The position numbers and the translations under genes were made by a program. From the NCBI GenBank assembly GCA_040902335.1, contig JBBDXL010000179.1:4775-68774 (forward strand): a DNA stretch of 64,000 nt, given 5' to 3'. Positions 34,032 to 43,809 of this stretch are shown piece after piece; position 1 is the first letter of the stretch, and every line of letters begins with the position of its first letter. This DNA is from Burkholderiales bacterium. GTDB taxonomy: Bacteria; Pseudomonadota; Gammaproteobacteria; Burkholderiales; SG8-39. The notes under the pieces were generated by a model. The model had not been told where the DNA came from. It saw only the letters and a program-made list of their open reading frames with translations, and made no database searches.

Positions 34032-34536
34032 GGACCCGCCGGCGGGCGCCGGCTGGCAGTCGGGCGTGGCGCTCCACCGCCACGAGGAGCTCGCGCCGCT
34101 CCTCGCCGCGATCGACCGGCTGGCGAAAGGGGTGCTCGAGTTCCTGCGCATCGGCGAGTGCGAGGCGCCGCGCATCACCGGCTGCTGGGCGAACGTGAAC
34201 GCGCCCGGCGCCGCGCACCGCATGCACGCGCACCCGAACAACTTCCTCTCGGGGGTGTACTACGTGCGGGTGCCGGCGGGGGCGGACACCATCAATTTTC
34301 ACGACCCGCGGCCGCAGGCGGCGGTGCTGCGACCGCCCGTCACCGAGCTCGCCGCCCAGAACACCGACCAGGTGGTGGTGCGCGTCGCCGAGGGCACGCT
34401 GCTCCTGTTCCCGGCCTGGCTCGCGCATTCGGTGGATGCCAACGCGAGCGGCGAGACGCGCGTCAGCGTCAGCTTCAACCTGATGTTCCCGCGCTTTGCC
34501 GAGACCCTCGCGCAGCCGCTGTGGGGTGAGGACTAG
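33907..34536 (+). CDS. TIGR02466-like putative 2OG-Fe(II) oxygenase family protein
   Basis: 209 aa, GTG start. ..GCWANVNAPGAAHRMHAHPNNFLSGVYYV...LFPAWLAHSV...SFNL is typical of this family. Confidence 0.78.
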   Translation: MESTVHSLFPTLVWEARLAREAYAPLNDAILRRLAARRRGAPDPPAGAGWQSGVALHRHEELAPLLAAIDRLAKGVLEFLRIGECEAPRITGCWANVNAPGAAHRMHAHPNNFLSGVYYVRVPAGADTINFHDPRPQAAVLRPPVTELAAQNTDQVVVRVAEGTLLLFPAWLAHSVDANASGETRVSVSFNLMFPRFAETLAQPLWGED

Positions 34537-34682
34537 GGGCACCCGCGCGCGTTTGCTGCACCGCTCGTCCGGGGCGCGTGCGCCATTCGTCAGCTTCCGG
34601 CGCAAGATTCTGTAGCGGCACGGCATTCGTTCCTCGCCCCGCACGCCCCGGCGCGCGACGCTGGCGGCGCAGGAGGTGGCAC

Positions 34683-35003
34683 ATGAACGCGCTACAGCAC
34701 AGTACCGAGTTCATCGGGCTGGAGTCCGATCTGGCCGCGCGCCTAGAGGCGCTGTTCCAGCGCTGCCCGGCGCTGCACGGCTTCTCGGTGCAGCCCGGCT
34801 CGAGCGTGACGCGCGAGCGGGTAGTCCTGGACCTGCAGCCCGATCTGTATCTCGCCGACGTTGTCTGGCACCAGCCGCTGAACGGCGAGCAGGCCGCGAC
34901 GCTGGTCGGCGAGATCTCGCAGGCGCTGCTCGAGCTGGTGGACGAGCAGCCGGACGCGATCGAGCTGCTGCGCGGCCGCACCTTCGCCAGTGTCCTGCAT
35001 TGA
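34683..35003 (+). CDS. Hypothetical protein (106 aa, acidic)
   Basis: Internal ATG 34683 of ORF 34578..35003 is preceded by AGGAGG. Codon usage is consistent with neighbouring genes. I recognised no domain. Confidence 0.5.
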   Translation: MNALQHSTEFIGLESDLAARLEALFQRCPALHGFSVQPGSSVTRERVVLDLQPDLYLADVVWHQPLNGEQAATLVGEISQALLELVDEQPDAIELLRGRTFASVLH

Positions 35004-35012
35004 GGAGGGCAT

Positions 35013-35600
35013 ATGCTGAAACATGCACTCGTCGCGATTGTGCTGATCCTGGGCGCCAGCACGTCCGACGCGCAGGACCTGGGCAAGCCGCTCGTCCTGG
35101 TGGCCAAGCCGGAGCTGCAGGGCCCGTACAACCACACGGCGCTGCTCGTCGTGCCGATGGACGGCCGGCACATCGGCTTCATCCTCAACCGCGCCACCGA
35201 GGTGACGCTCGGGTCGCTGTTTCCCGAGCACGCGCCCTCGGCCAAGGTCGCCGACCCGATCTTCTTCGGCGGTCCCGAGCGCGTCAACGCGATCTTCGCC
35301 ATCGTGGCGCGCAATCCAGGTGCGCCGTCGGTGCGCCTGTTCGGCGATCTGCACGTCACCGCGCAGGCGGAAGTGGTCGACCGCATCATCGAGCAAACGC
35401 CGAATGACGCGCGCTACTTTGCCGGGTTCGTCGGCTGGAGCCCGGGCGAGCTCGCCGCCGAGCTCGAGGCCGGCTACTGGTACACGGCCGACCCCGACGC
35501 GGCCCTGGTTTTCAGCGACGACACCGGTACCATGTGGGAGGCGCTGATCAAGCGCCTGGGCAAGCGCCCGGCGCCGGCCAAGGGCATGCAGGAGGCATAG
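35013..35600 (+). CDS. YqgE/AlgH (UPF0301/DUF179) family protein with an N-terminal signal-peptide-like segment
   Basis: ..GFILNR...FFGGP...YFAGFVGWSPGELAAELEAGYWY.. is AlgH-like. The N-terminus MLKHALVAIVLILGASTSDAQ looks like a Sec signal peptide. Confidence 0.82.
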   Translation: MLKHALVAIVLILGASTSDAQDLGKPLVLVAKPELQGPYNHTALLVVPMDGRHIGFILNRATEVTLGSLFPEHAPSAKVADPIFFGGPERVNAIFAIVARNPGAPSVRLFGDLHVTAQAEVVDRIIEQTPNDARYFAGFVGWSPGELAAELEAGYWYTADPDAALVFSDDTGTMWEALIKRLGKRPAPAKGMQEA

Positions 35601-35636
35601 CGCGGCCCCGCGGTAAACTTCTCCCCTGGAAGTTCG

Positions 35637-35662
35637 AGCGCCCCTCACGGGGCGCTTTTTTT
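35637..35662 (+). terminator. Rho-independent terminator
   Basis: AGCGCCCC-TCAC-GGGGCGCT stem-loop followed by a T7 run, 37 nt after the AlgH-like stop. Confidence 0.85.
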
Positions 35663-35670
35663 CGTTTACC

Positions 35671-38001
35671 GTGGACGCCGAGATGAACGCACCCGAAATC
35701 CAGTTCGACCCCGAAGCCGCGCGCTTCGGCGCCTCGCGCACGCAAAAGCGCCTCGAAGACGACCGGCTGCTCGTCGGCAAGGGGCTCTACAGCGACGACC
35801 GGCGCTTCGACAACGAGGCGGCGCTGGTTGTCGTGCGCTCGCCCCACGCGCACGCGAAGATCCAGTCCGTGGAGCTCGCCGCGGTGCGCGCCGCACCGGG
35901 CGTGATCGCCGCCTGGACGCTCGCCGAGCTCGACGCCGACGGCGTGAAGCACATCCCGGTGCCGCCGCTTTTCAAGCGCGCCGACGGCCAGCCGATGTCC
36001 GCACCGCTGCGTACGCCGCTCGCCGGCGAGCGCGCGCTCTACGTCGGGCATCCGGTGGTGGCGGTGGTGGCGCAGACGCGCGTGCAGGCGCAGGACGCCG
36101 CCGAGCTCGCCGAGATCGAGTACGAAGACCTGCCCTGCGTGGTCGAACCGCGCGCGGCGGTGAAGCCGGGCGCGCCGCAGCTGTGGCCCGACGCGCCCGG
36201 CAACGTCGCCGCCGAGACGCGCTACGGCAAGGCGGACGAGACCGCGGCGGCGTTCGAGCGCGCCGCGCACGTCACCCGTATCGAGCTGCACAACCAGCGC
36301 CTGATTGCGGTGGCGATGGAGCCGCGCTGCTCGATTGGCGTGCACGAGAAGGGCCGCACCACGGTATACACGCAATGCCAGCAGCCCACCGGCGCGCGCG
36401 ATCTGCTGGCCGCGGCGCTGGGTGGCAAGCCCGCGGACTTCCGCATCGTCAACGGCGACATCGGCGGCGGCTTCGGCATGAAGACCGGGCTGACGCCCGA
36501 AGAGGTGCTGGTGGCCTATGCGGCGAAGAAGCTCGGGCGGCCGGTGCGCTGGCGCGGCGAGCGCAGCGAAGAGTTCCTCGCCGCGCACATGGGTCGCGAC
36601 ATGCACTTCCAGGCCGCGCTCGCGCTCGATGCGCACGGGCGCATCCTCGCGCTGCGCATTCACTCGCTCGGCAACATGGGCGCCGTGCCGGTGGGCTCCT
36701 CGGCCATTATCCCGCTCATGCTGATGGCCAAGGTGGCGACGTCCGTCTACCGCGTCCCAGTAGTGGACTACCACTTGCAGGGCGTACTCACCAACACCAT
36801 GGCTACGGGCGCGTACCGCGGTGCGGGCCGCCCCGAGGGCAACTTCCTCATCGAACGCCTGGTGGAGAAGGCCGGTCGGGAGATGGGCATCGACCCGGTG
36901 AGCATGCGCCGGCGCAACCTGCTGCAGCCGGCGGACTTCCCCTACACGACGCACGCGGGCGAGATCTACGACACGGGCGACTTCCCGCGCATGCTCGACG
37001 GGCTGCTGGAAGTCGCGGACTGGAAAGGCTATGCGGCGCGCGCCGAGCAATCGGAGCGGCGCGGCAAGCTGCGCGGCCGCGGTCTCTCGGCCTACCTCGA
37101 ATGGACCGGCGCACTGCCCACCGAGACCGTCGACATCGAGGTCGATGCCGAAGGGCAGGTCACGGTGTTCTCCGGGACGCAGGCCATGGGGCAAGGGCTC
37201 GAGACCACGTACGTGCAGCTCATCACCGAGGTGCTGCAGATCCCTGCCGGGGCGGTGACGATCGTGCAGGGCGACACCGACCGCGCCAACGGCGTCGGCA
37301 GCGTCGGTTCGCGCTCGGCGTTCGTCGGCGGCTCGGCGGTGGTGGCGGCGGGGCGCACGCTCATCGTTCGCGGCAAGGAGCTCGCCGCCGACGCGCTGGA
37401 GACGGCGGCTGCGGACATCGAGCTCCGCGACGGGCGCTTCGTCGTCGCCGGCACGGACAAGTCCGTAGGCCTGGCGCAACTTGCCGCGCGCCAGCCGGAA
37501 AGGCGCGTGCGCGTTTCGGCGACGCAGACGCCCTCGACGCCGTCGTGGCCGAACGGCGCCCAGGCCTGCGAGGTGGAGATCGATCCCGAGACGGGCGAGG
37601 TGGCGCTCGCGCGCCTCTCGAGCCTCGATGACATCGGCCGCATCATCAACCACGCCATCGTCGAAGGCCAGATCCAGGGCGGCATGGCGCAGGGCGTGGG
37701 ACAGGCGCTCTACGAGCAGGCGGTGTACGACCCGGAGTCGGGGCAGCTGCTGTCGGGCTCGCTCATGGACTACTGCGTGCCGCGCGCCGACCAGTTCCCG
37801 CCGATGACGAACGCCTTCGACGAGAGCGTGCCTTGCACGACCAACCTCCTCGGGGTGAAGGGCTGCGGCGAGATCGGCACCATCGGCGCGGTGCCCGCGG
37901 TGGTACACGCAGTGCTCGACGCGCTTTCCGGCTTCGGCGTTACGCATCTGGAGATGCCGCTCACGCCGGAGAAGGTCTGGCGCGCGATGCGCCGCAGCTG
38001 A
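35671..38001 (+). CDS. Xanthine-dehydrogenase/CO-dehydrogenase-family molybdopterin-binding large subunit (CoxL-like)
   Basis: 776 aa: ..HAHAKI.., ..GGGFG.K.., ..TGAYRGAGRPEG.., ..GQGLETT.., ..LGVKGCGEIG... The start is GTG 35671 or ATG 35683. Confidence 0.9.
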   Translation: MDAEMNAPEIQFDPEAARFGASRTQKRLEDDRLLVGKGLYSDDRRFDNEAALVVVRSPHAHAKIQSVELAAVRAAPGVIAAWTLAELDADGVKHIPVPPLFKRADGQPMSAPLRTPLAGERALYVGHPVVAVVAQTRVQAQDAAELAEIEYEDLPCVVEPRAAVKPGAPQLWPDAPGNVAAETRYGKADETAAAFERAAHVTRIELHNQRLIAVAMEPRCSIGVHEKGRTTVYTQCQQPTGARDLLAAALGGKPADFRIVNGDIGGGFGMKTGLTPEEVLVAYAAKKLGRPVRWRGERSEEFLAAHMGRDMHFQAALALDAHGRILALRIHSLGNMGAVPVGSSAIIPLMLMAKVATSVYRVPVVDYHLQGVLTNTMATGAYRGAGRPEGNFLIERLVEKAGREMGIDPVSMRRRNLLQPADFPYTTHAGEIYDTGDFPRMLDGLLEVADWKGYAARAEQSERRGKLRGRGLSAYLEWTGALPTETVDIEVDAEGQVTVFSGTQAMGQGLETTYVQLITEVLQIPAGAVTIVQGDTDRANGVGSVGSRSAFVGGSAVVAAGRTLIVRGKELAADALETAAADIELRDGRFVVAGTDKSVGLAQLAARQPERRVRVSATQTPSTPSWPNGAQACEVEIDPETGEVALARLSSLDDIGRIINHAIVEGQIQGGMAQGVGQALYEQAVYDPESGQLLSGSLMDYCVPRADQFPPMTNAFDESVPCTTNLLGVKGCGEIGTIGAVPAVVHAVLDALSGFGVTHLEMPLTPEKVWRAMRRS

Positions 38002-38006
38002 TTCCG

Positions 38007-38683
38007 ATGCGCGACGGGGCGAGCCGCGTTCTCGGTTACGCCGTCCTCGCGTCGTTCCTGCTGCACGCGCTGTTGTTCCTTGTCCTGCCCGCGGCGCGCG
38101 AGTTCACCGCGCCGGTGCCGCCCGAGGCGGAGCCGCTCGTCGCGCGCGTCGAGCAGCTCGAGCCGCCGCCTGCGCCTGCGCCCGCCGTCGTACCCGAAGA
38201 ACGTAAGCCGGCACCCCAAGCGCCCGTGCGCGTCGTCAAGCCGGCACCTGCGCCGGCGCCCGTTGCCGAACCTGTAGCGGAGCCCGCACCCCCTAAACCC
38301 GATCCCGTCGCGCTGGCGCCGCAGCCTTCGCCCGCGCAACCGGCGCCGGCGCCGACCGCGCCCGCACCCGCGCCGCCGCCTGCCCTCGATCCGCGCATCC
38401 GCAGCGACTACGCACAGCGCATCAACGAAGCGGCCGAGCGCGACAAAGTCTATCCGCGCGTCGCCATCGACAACAACTGGCAGGGCGAGGTCGGCCTGGT
38501 GATGGCGATCGGGAGCGACGGCCGCATCGCGTCGCTGCGCGTCACGAAGAGCTCGGGCCACCGCGTGCTCGACGACCAGGCGCTCGAGATGTTCGCGCGC
38601 GCCAAGCCGCGCGTGCGCATGCCCGCGGCGCTGCGCGGCCGGGAGTTCGAGCTGGAGCTGCGCGCGGTGTTTCGCCTCGAGCG

Positions 38684-38687
<4 letters not shown>
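38007..38687 (+). CDS. tonB: Energy transducer TonB
   Basis: From ATG 38007: N-terminal TM segment, Pro/Ala-rich spacer, and C-terminal TonB domain (..YPRVAIDNNWQGEVGLVMAIGSDGRIASLRVTKSSGHRVLDDQALE..). Confidence 0.85.
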
Positions 38688-39751
<1,064 letters not shown>

Positions 39752-39792
39752 GAAGGCCTGTATTGTACGGCAACGAGGAACAATAATCGTTC

Positions 39793-41445
39793 TTGTTAGA
39801 ATGCCGAGTGCTTTCTATTCAATCGGTTAGGCGCGGAGGGCAGATCCTCGCGATCGCGGTGGCCTTGCTGCTCGCGCTGCCGATGCTGATCGTCGCCGCG
39901 AGCGTGCTGCAGCCGGCGGGCGAAGCGTGGCGCCACATCGCGGACACGCTGCTCGCCCGCTACACGCTTAATACGGCGCTGCTCGTCGCGCTGGTGGCCT
40001 GCGGGGTGATGTCGATCGGCGTGATCTCCGCGTGGCTCGTCGCGACCTACCGCTTTCCCGGCGTGCGCGTGCTCGAGTGGGCGCTGGTGCTGCCGCTCGC
40101 GGTGCCCGCGTACGTCATGGCGTACGCCTACACCGACTGGCTGCAATTCACGGGCCCCGTGCAGGGCGCGCTGCGCGCGCTCACCGGCTGGGGCGCGCGC
40201 GAGTACTGGTTCCCGGAGATCCGCTCCCTTGGCGGCGCGGCCGTCGTGCTCTCGCTCGCGCTCTACCCCTACGTGTATCTCATCGCGCGCGCCGCATTCC
40301 GCGACCTGCCGAGAAGCGCCATCGAGGCCGGGCGACTGGCCGGCTACTCCGCCTGGGGCAGCTTCGGGCGCGTCGCGCTGCCGCTGGCGCGGCCCGCGGT
40401 GGCCGCCGGCACCGCGCTCGCGCTGATGGAGACCCTCGCCGACTTCGGCACGGTGTCGTACTTCGCGCTGGAAGTGTTCACCACCGGGATCTTCAAGGCC
40501 TGGTTCGGCATGGGCGACGCCACGGCCGCCTCGCAGCTCGCCACTTGCCTGCTGGGCTTCGTGGTCCTGGTGGTCGCGCTCGAGCGGGTCACGCGCGGGC
40601 GCGCCGCCTTTCATGCCACGGCGCCCGCCAAGCCCGTCCCGGCGCAGCGCCTGCGCGGCGCTCGCGCGGCGCTCGCCAGCCTTGCCTGTGCGCTTCCCGT
40701 CCTGATGGGGTTCGTGCTGCCCGCCGGGATCCTCGTCGGGCTCGCGGCCTCGAGTCCGGAGGCCCGCGCCGAGGCGCGGCTGCTCGCGCTCGTCGGCAAC
40801 AGCTTCACGCTCGCCGGGGTGACCGCGCTCGCCGCGGTGCTGCTCGCCGTGGCGCTGGCCTACGCCGCGCGGCTCTCGAAGAGCCGCGTTGCCGCCGCCG
40901 CGAACCGGGTCGCGGCGCTCGGCTACGCCGTCCCCGGTGCGGTGATCGCCGTGGGCGTGCTGGTGCCGCTCGGCCGCCTGGACAACTGGCTCGCCGGCGC
41001 GCTCGAGGACCTGACCGGGGCGCGGGTGGGGCTGCTGTTCACGGGCACCATCGCCGCGCTCGTCTACGCGCTGCTGGTGCGCTTTCTGGCGGTGGCCCTG
41101 CAGACCACGGAAGCGGGGCTCGCGCGCATCACGCCGAGCATGGAAGACGCCGCGCGCAGCCTCGGCGCCTCGCCCGCGGCGGCGCTCGCGCGCGTGCACG
41201 CGCCGCTGCTCGCGCCCAGCCTCGCCACCGCGGCGCTGCTCGTGTTCGTGGACGTGATGAAGGAGCTGCCCGCGACGTTCGCGCTGCGGCCCTTCAATTT
41301 CGACACCTTGGCCGTGGAAGCCTACCACCTGGCGCAGGACGAGCGGCTCGCGGAAGCCGCCGTGCCATCGCTGGTGATCGTCGCCGTGGGCTTGGTGCCG
41401 CTCGCGGCGCTCGCGCGGCGCTACTTCCAGGCGACGCGGTCGTAG
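39793..41445 (+). CDS. fbpB: Fe(3+) ABC transporter permease (fused double permease)
   Basis: 550-aa two-module permease (..EAGRLAGYSAWGSFGRVALPLARPA.. and ..EDAARSLGASPAAALARVHAPLL..). The start is TTG 39793 or GTG 39808. It lies on the opposite strand to fbpA and fbpC. Confidence 0.88.
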   Translation: MLECRVLSIQSVRRGGQILAIAVALLLALPMLIVAASVLQPAGEAWRHIADTLLARYTLNTALLVALVACGVMSIGVISAWLVATYRFPGVRVLEWALVLPLAVPAYVMAYAYTDWLQFTGPVQGALRALTGWGAREYWFPEIRSLGGAAVVLSLALYPYVYLIARAAFRDLPRSAIEAGRLAGYSAWGSFGRVALPLARPAVAAGTALALMETLADFGTVSYFALEVFTTGIFKAWFGMGDATAASQLATCLLGFVVLVVALERVTRGRAAFHATAPAKPVPAQRLRGARAALASLACALPVLMGFVLPAGILVGLAASSPEARAEARLLALVGNSFTLAGVTALAAVLLAVALAYAARLSKSRVAAAANRVAALGYAVPGAVIAVGVLVPLGRLDNWLAGALEDLTGARVGLLFTGTIAALVYALLVRFLAVALQTTEAGLARITPSMEDAARSLGASPAAALARVHAPLLAPSLATAALLVFVDVMKELPATFALRPFNFDTLAVEAYHLAQDERLAEAAVPSLVIVAVGLVPLAALARRYFQATRS

Positions 41446-42443
41446 AGCTTCTGCGCGGCGGGCTGGTTGCGCCCGAGCACCGCGACGTTGATCGGGTCGT
41501 ACTTGAACGCGCCCAGCTGCGCCAGCACCGGGTTGTCGACGCGCACGCCCGGCACCACCGGCCACTCGTTGTTGCCGTCGGCGAAATAGCGCTGCGCCGC
41601 GTCGCTCGCCAGGTACTCGAGGAACTTCACCGCGGCGGCGCGGTGCGGCGCGTGCTTCAACACGCCGGCGCCGGAGACGTTGACGTGCGCGCCTCGGCCC
41701 GCCTGATTGGGAAATACGATGCCGACCTTCTCGGCGACCGTGCGCTCGTCGGCCTTCGCCGAGCGCGCGAGGCGCGCGTAGTAGTAATGGTTGCTGATCG
41801 CCACGTCGCACTCGCCCGCGGCCACGGCCTTCAGCTGGTCGGTGTCGCCGCCCTTCGGCTCGCGCGCCATGTTGGCGCGCACGGCCTTCGCCCAGCCTTC
41901 CGCTTGCGCTTCGCCCAGCTGCTCGATGAGCGAGCCCATGAGCGACAGGTTGTAGATATTCGAGGACGAGCGCACGCAGATGCGGCCTTTCCACTTCGGC
42001 TCGGCAAGCGACTCGTACGTCGGCACCTCCGCGGGCTGCACGCGGTCCCTGGCATAGGCGATGACCCGCGCGCGCATGGAAAACCCGTACCAGTGCCCGC
42101 CCGGCTCGCGGAAGCTCGCCGGAATGCGCGCATCGAGCACCGCCGACTTGACCGGCTGGAACAGCCCCATCTGCTCGGCACGCCACAGGCGGCCCGCGTC
42201 CACCGTGATCAGGACGTCGGCGGGGCTGCGCTCGCCCTCGCTCCTGATGCGCGCGATCAGGGCGTCCTCGCCCGCTTCGATGCGGTTGATGCTGATGCCG
42301 GTCTGCCGGGTGAAGCCGGCGTACAGGGCCTCGTCGGTCTGATAGTGGCGGGAAGAGTAGAGGTTGAGAACGTCGTCCTGGGCAAGGACGGGAGCCGAGA
42401 ATGCCAGGGCGGAAATGAGAATAAAAGTTTTAAGAACAGACAT
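41421..42443 (-). CDS. fbpA: Fe(3+) ABC transporter periplasmic substrate-binding protein
   Basis: From ATG 42443: MSVLKTFILISALAFSAPVLA signal peptide, then DDVLNLYSSRHYQTDEALY... (FbpA/HitA-like). The track ORF start at 42500 is the TTG of the -35 box. Confidence 0.9.
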   Translation of the reverse strand: MSVLKTFILISALAFSAPVLAQDDVLNLYSSRHYQTDEALYAGFTRQTGISINRIEAGEDALIARIRSEGERSPADVLITVDAGRLWRAEQMGLFQPVKSAVLDARIPASFREPGGHWYGFSMRARVIAYARDRVQPAEVPTYESLAEPKWKGRICVRSSSNIYNLSLMGSLIEQLGEAQAEGWAKAVRANMAREPKGGDTDQLKAVAAGECDVAISNHYYYARLARSAKADERTVAEKVGIVFPNQAGRGAHVNVSGAGVLKHAPHRAAAVKFLEYLASDAAQRYFADGNNEWPVVPGVRVDNPVLAQLGAFKYDPINVAVLGRNQPAAQKLYDRVAWK

Positions 42444-42467
42444 TTGGGCCTCGCATGGGAACAAGGC

Positions 42468-42520
42468 GCAAATGATAATGGCTCTCATCAAAAGAGTCAA
42501 CGGTAATGAGAACTCTTATT
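42468..42520 (-). promoter_or_regulatory. fbpA promoter (TTGACT-N17-TATCAT) overlapped by two Fur-box-like sites
   Basis: On the minus strand the -35 TTGACT is at 42500..42495 and the -10 TATCAT at 42477..42472. GCAAATGATAATGGCTCTC (42468..42486) matches 13/19 to GATAATGATAATCATTATC. GGTAATGAGAACTCTTATT (42502..42520) matches 12/19 on the reverse complement. Confidence 0.55.
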
Positions 42521-42525
42521 GAAAA

Positions 42526-43011
42526 CTATAGCCGGGCTGGCCGAATGCGCCGCGCGCCATCGAAGCGCCGCATCCAGTAGGTGCCATCGATCGGCTCGAC
42601 GCGCACCGGCGCGCCGGTCTTCGGCGCGTGCACGAAGCGCCCGTCGCCGAGGTAGATGCCGACGTGCGAGAAGGGGCGGTTGAGCGTGTTGTAGAAGACG
42701 AGGTCCCCCGCGCGCAGTTCCGATAGACTGACGCGCACCCCGAACTCGCTCTGCGCGCGGGCGTTGTGCGGCAGCTCGATGCCGTAGGCCTCGCGGAACA
42801 CATGCGCCACCAGGCCGCTGCAATCGAAGCCCGACTCGGGCGACTTGCCCCCGTAACGGTAGTCCACCCCGAGCGAGAGCAGCGTCTGCAGCAGCGCCTC
42901 GGCGCGCTGCTCGCTCATCGGCCCGGTGTCGGCCGGGGGCAGCTTCGGGGGCAAGCTCGTGCACCCCAACGGAACCGCTAAAAACAATAAATACATGTGC
43001 TTGCGAATCAT
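42526..43011 (-). CDS. NlpC/P60 (C40) family peptidoglycan endopeptidase lipoprotein
   Basis: 161 aa with lipobox LAVPLGC, ..GFDCSGLVAHVF.. catalytic Cys and ..SHVGIYLGDGRFVHAP.. His. Confidence 0.9.
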   Translation of the reverse strand: MIRKHMYLLFLAVPLGCTSLPPKLPPADTGPMSEQRAEALLQTLLSLGVDYRYGGKSPESGFDCSGLVAHVFREAYGIELPHNARAQSEFGVRVSLSELRAGDLVFYNTLNRPFSHVGIYLGDGRFVHAPKTGAPVRVEPIDGTYWMRRFDGARRIRPARL

Positions 43012-43039
43012 ACCTAAAGTAATCTAGTCCAGCCCGGTA

Positions 43040-43789
43040 ATGAAAGCAACTACTTACATTTCGCTGCTCCTTTGCTGCTGCGTGGCCTGGGCGCAGGCGA
43101 GCCTCGAGGTGATCGAGCTGCGCCACGCCACTGCCGAGCAGGTGCTGCCGGCGCTACGGCCGCTGCTCGAGCCCGGGGGAGTGCTGACCGGACAGCGCAG
43201 CCAGCTCATCGTGCGCACGAGCGCGCGCAACCTGGCGGAGCTGCGCCGGGCGCTGGAAATCCTCGATGCGCCGGCGCGGCGGCTGGTGATCTCGGTGAGA
43301 TTCGACAGCGCCGGCTCGTCGGCGGAATCGGCAATCGAGGCGGGCGGGCGCATCTCGAGCCGCGGATCGCGCATCGATGCCCGTGTCACGGAGTCCCGAT
43401 CGGCCGCGACCGAGCGCGTGGACCAGCGCCTGCAGGTCCTTGAAGGCGGGCGCGCAGTCATCGCCGAGGGTACGAGCCGGCCCCTGCAATTGCGCGACGG
43501 CGTCCTGGTTCAGGACATCGTCACCGGCTTCGAGGTGGTGCCCAGGGTTGTGGGCGACACCGTGATGCTCGAAGTCGCGCCGCAGCGCCAATCCCCGGGC
43601 GTCGCGCCGGGCACCGTGCAGACCCTGGGCAGCGCCAGCACGATCCGCGCGCGCTTGGGCGAGTGGGTGGAGCTCGCCGGCGGCGACGAACGCGCGGCCC
43701 GCGACGAGCGCGGCATCCTTTCCCGCTCGCGCGGCGGCAGCAGCGGCGCCCGGCGCATCTGGGTGAAAGTGGACGAGGTCCGTCCCTGA
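43040..43789 (+). CDS. Short secretin-like protein (signal peptide plus Secretin_N/NolW-like domain plus partial secretin core)
   Basis: 249 aa with signal peptide MKATTYISLLLCCCVAWAQA. LEVIELRHATAEQVLPALRPLL...LIVRTSARNLAELRRALEILD is NolW-like. ..VLEGGRAVIAEG...FEVVPRVVGDTVMLEV...ARLGEWVELAGG resembles only the first part of a secretin C-domain. Confidence 0.65.
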   Translation: MKATTYISLLLCCCVAWAQASLEVIELRHATAEQVLPALRPLLEPGGVLTGQRSQLIVRTSARNLAELRRALEILDAPARRLVISVRFDSAGSSAESAIEAGGRISSRGSRIDARVTESRSAATERVDQRLQVLEGGRAVIAEGTSRPLQLRDGVLVQDIVTGFEVVPRVVGDTVMLEVAPQRQSPGVAPGTVQTLGSASTIRARLGEWVELAGGDERAARDERGILSRSRGGSSGARRIWVKVDEVRP

Positions 43790-43809
43790 GCACGGCGGCG
43801 GCGCGAGCG

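Noticed and set aside
38150-38400. Repetitive CCGGCGCC / GCGCCCGC-type sequence that looks like a tandem repeat array
   Set aside because: It is the Pro/Ala-rich periplasmic spacer of TonB (PAPAPAVVPEE..PAPAPAPVAEPVAEPAPPKPDP..), which is coding low-complexity sequence and not a CRISPR or VNTR-type element.
39771-39800. Possible Fur box in the fbpC / fbpB divergent spacer (AACAATAATCGTTCTTGTT)
   Set aside because: The match to the 19-bp Fur consensus is only about 10/19. I keep the dyad AACAA-N9-TTGTT as an observation but do not call it a Fur site.
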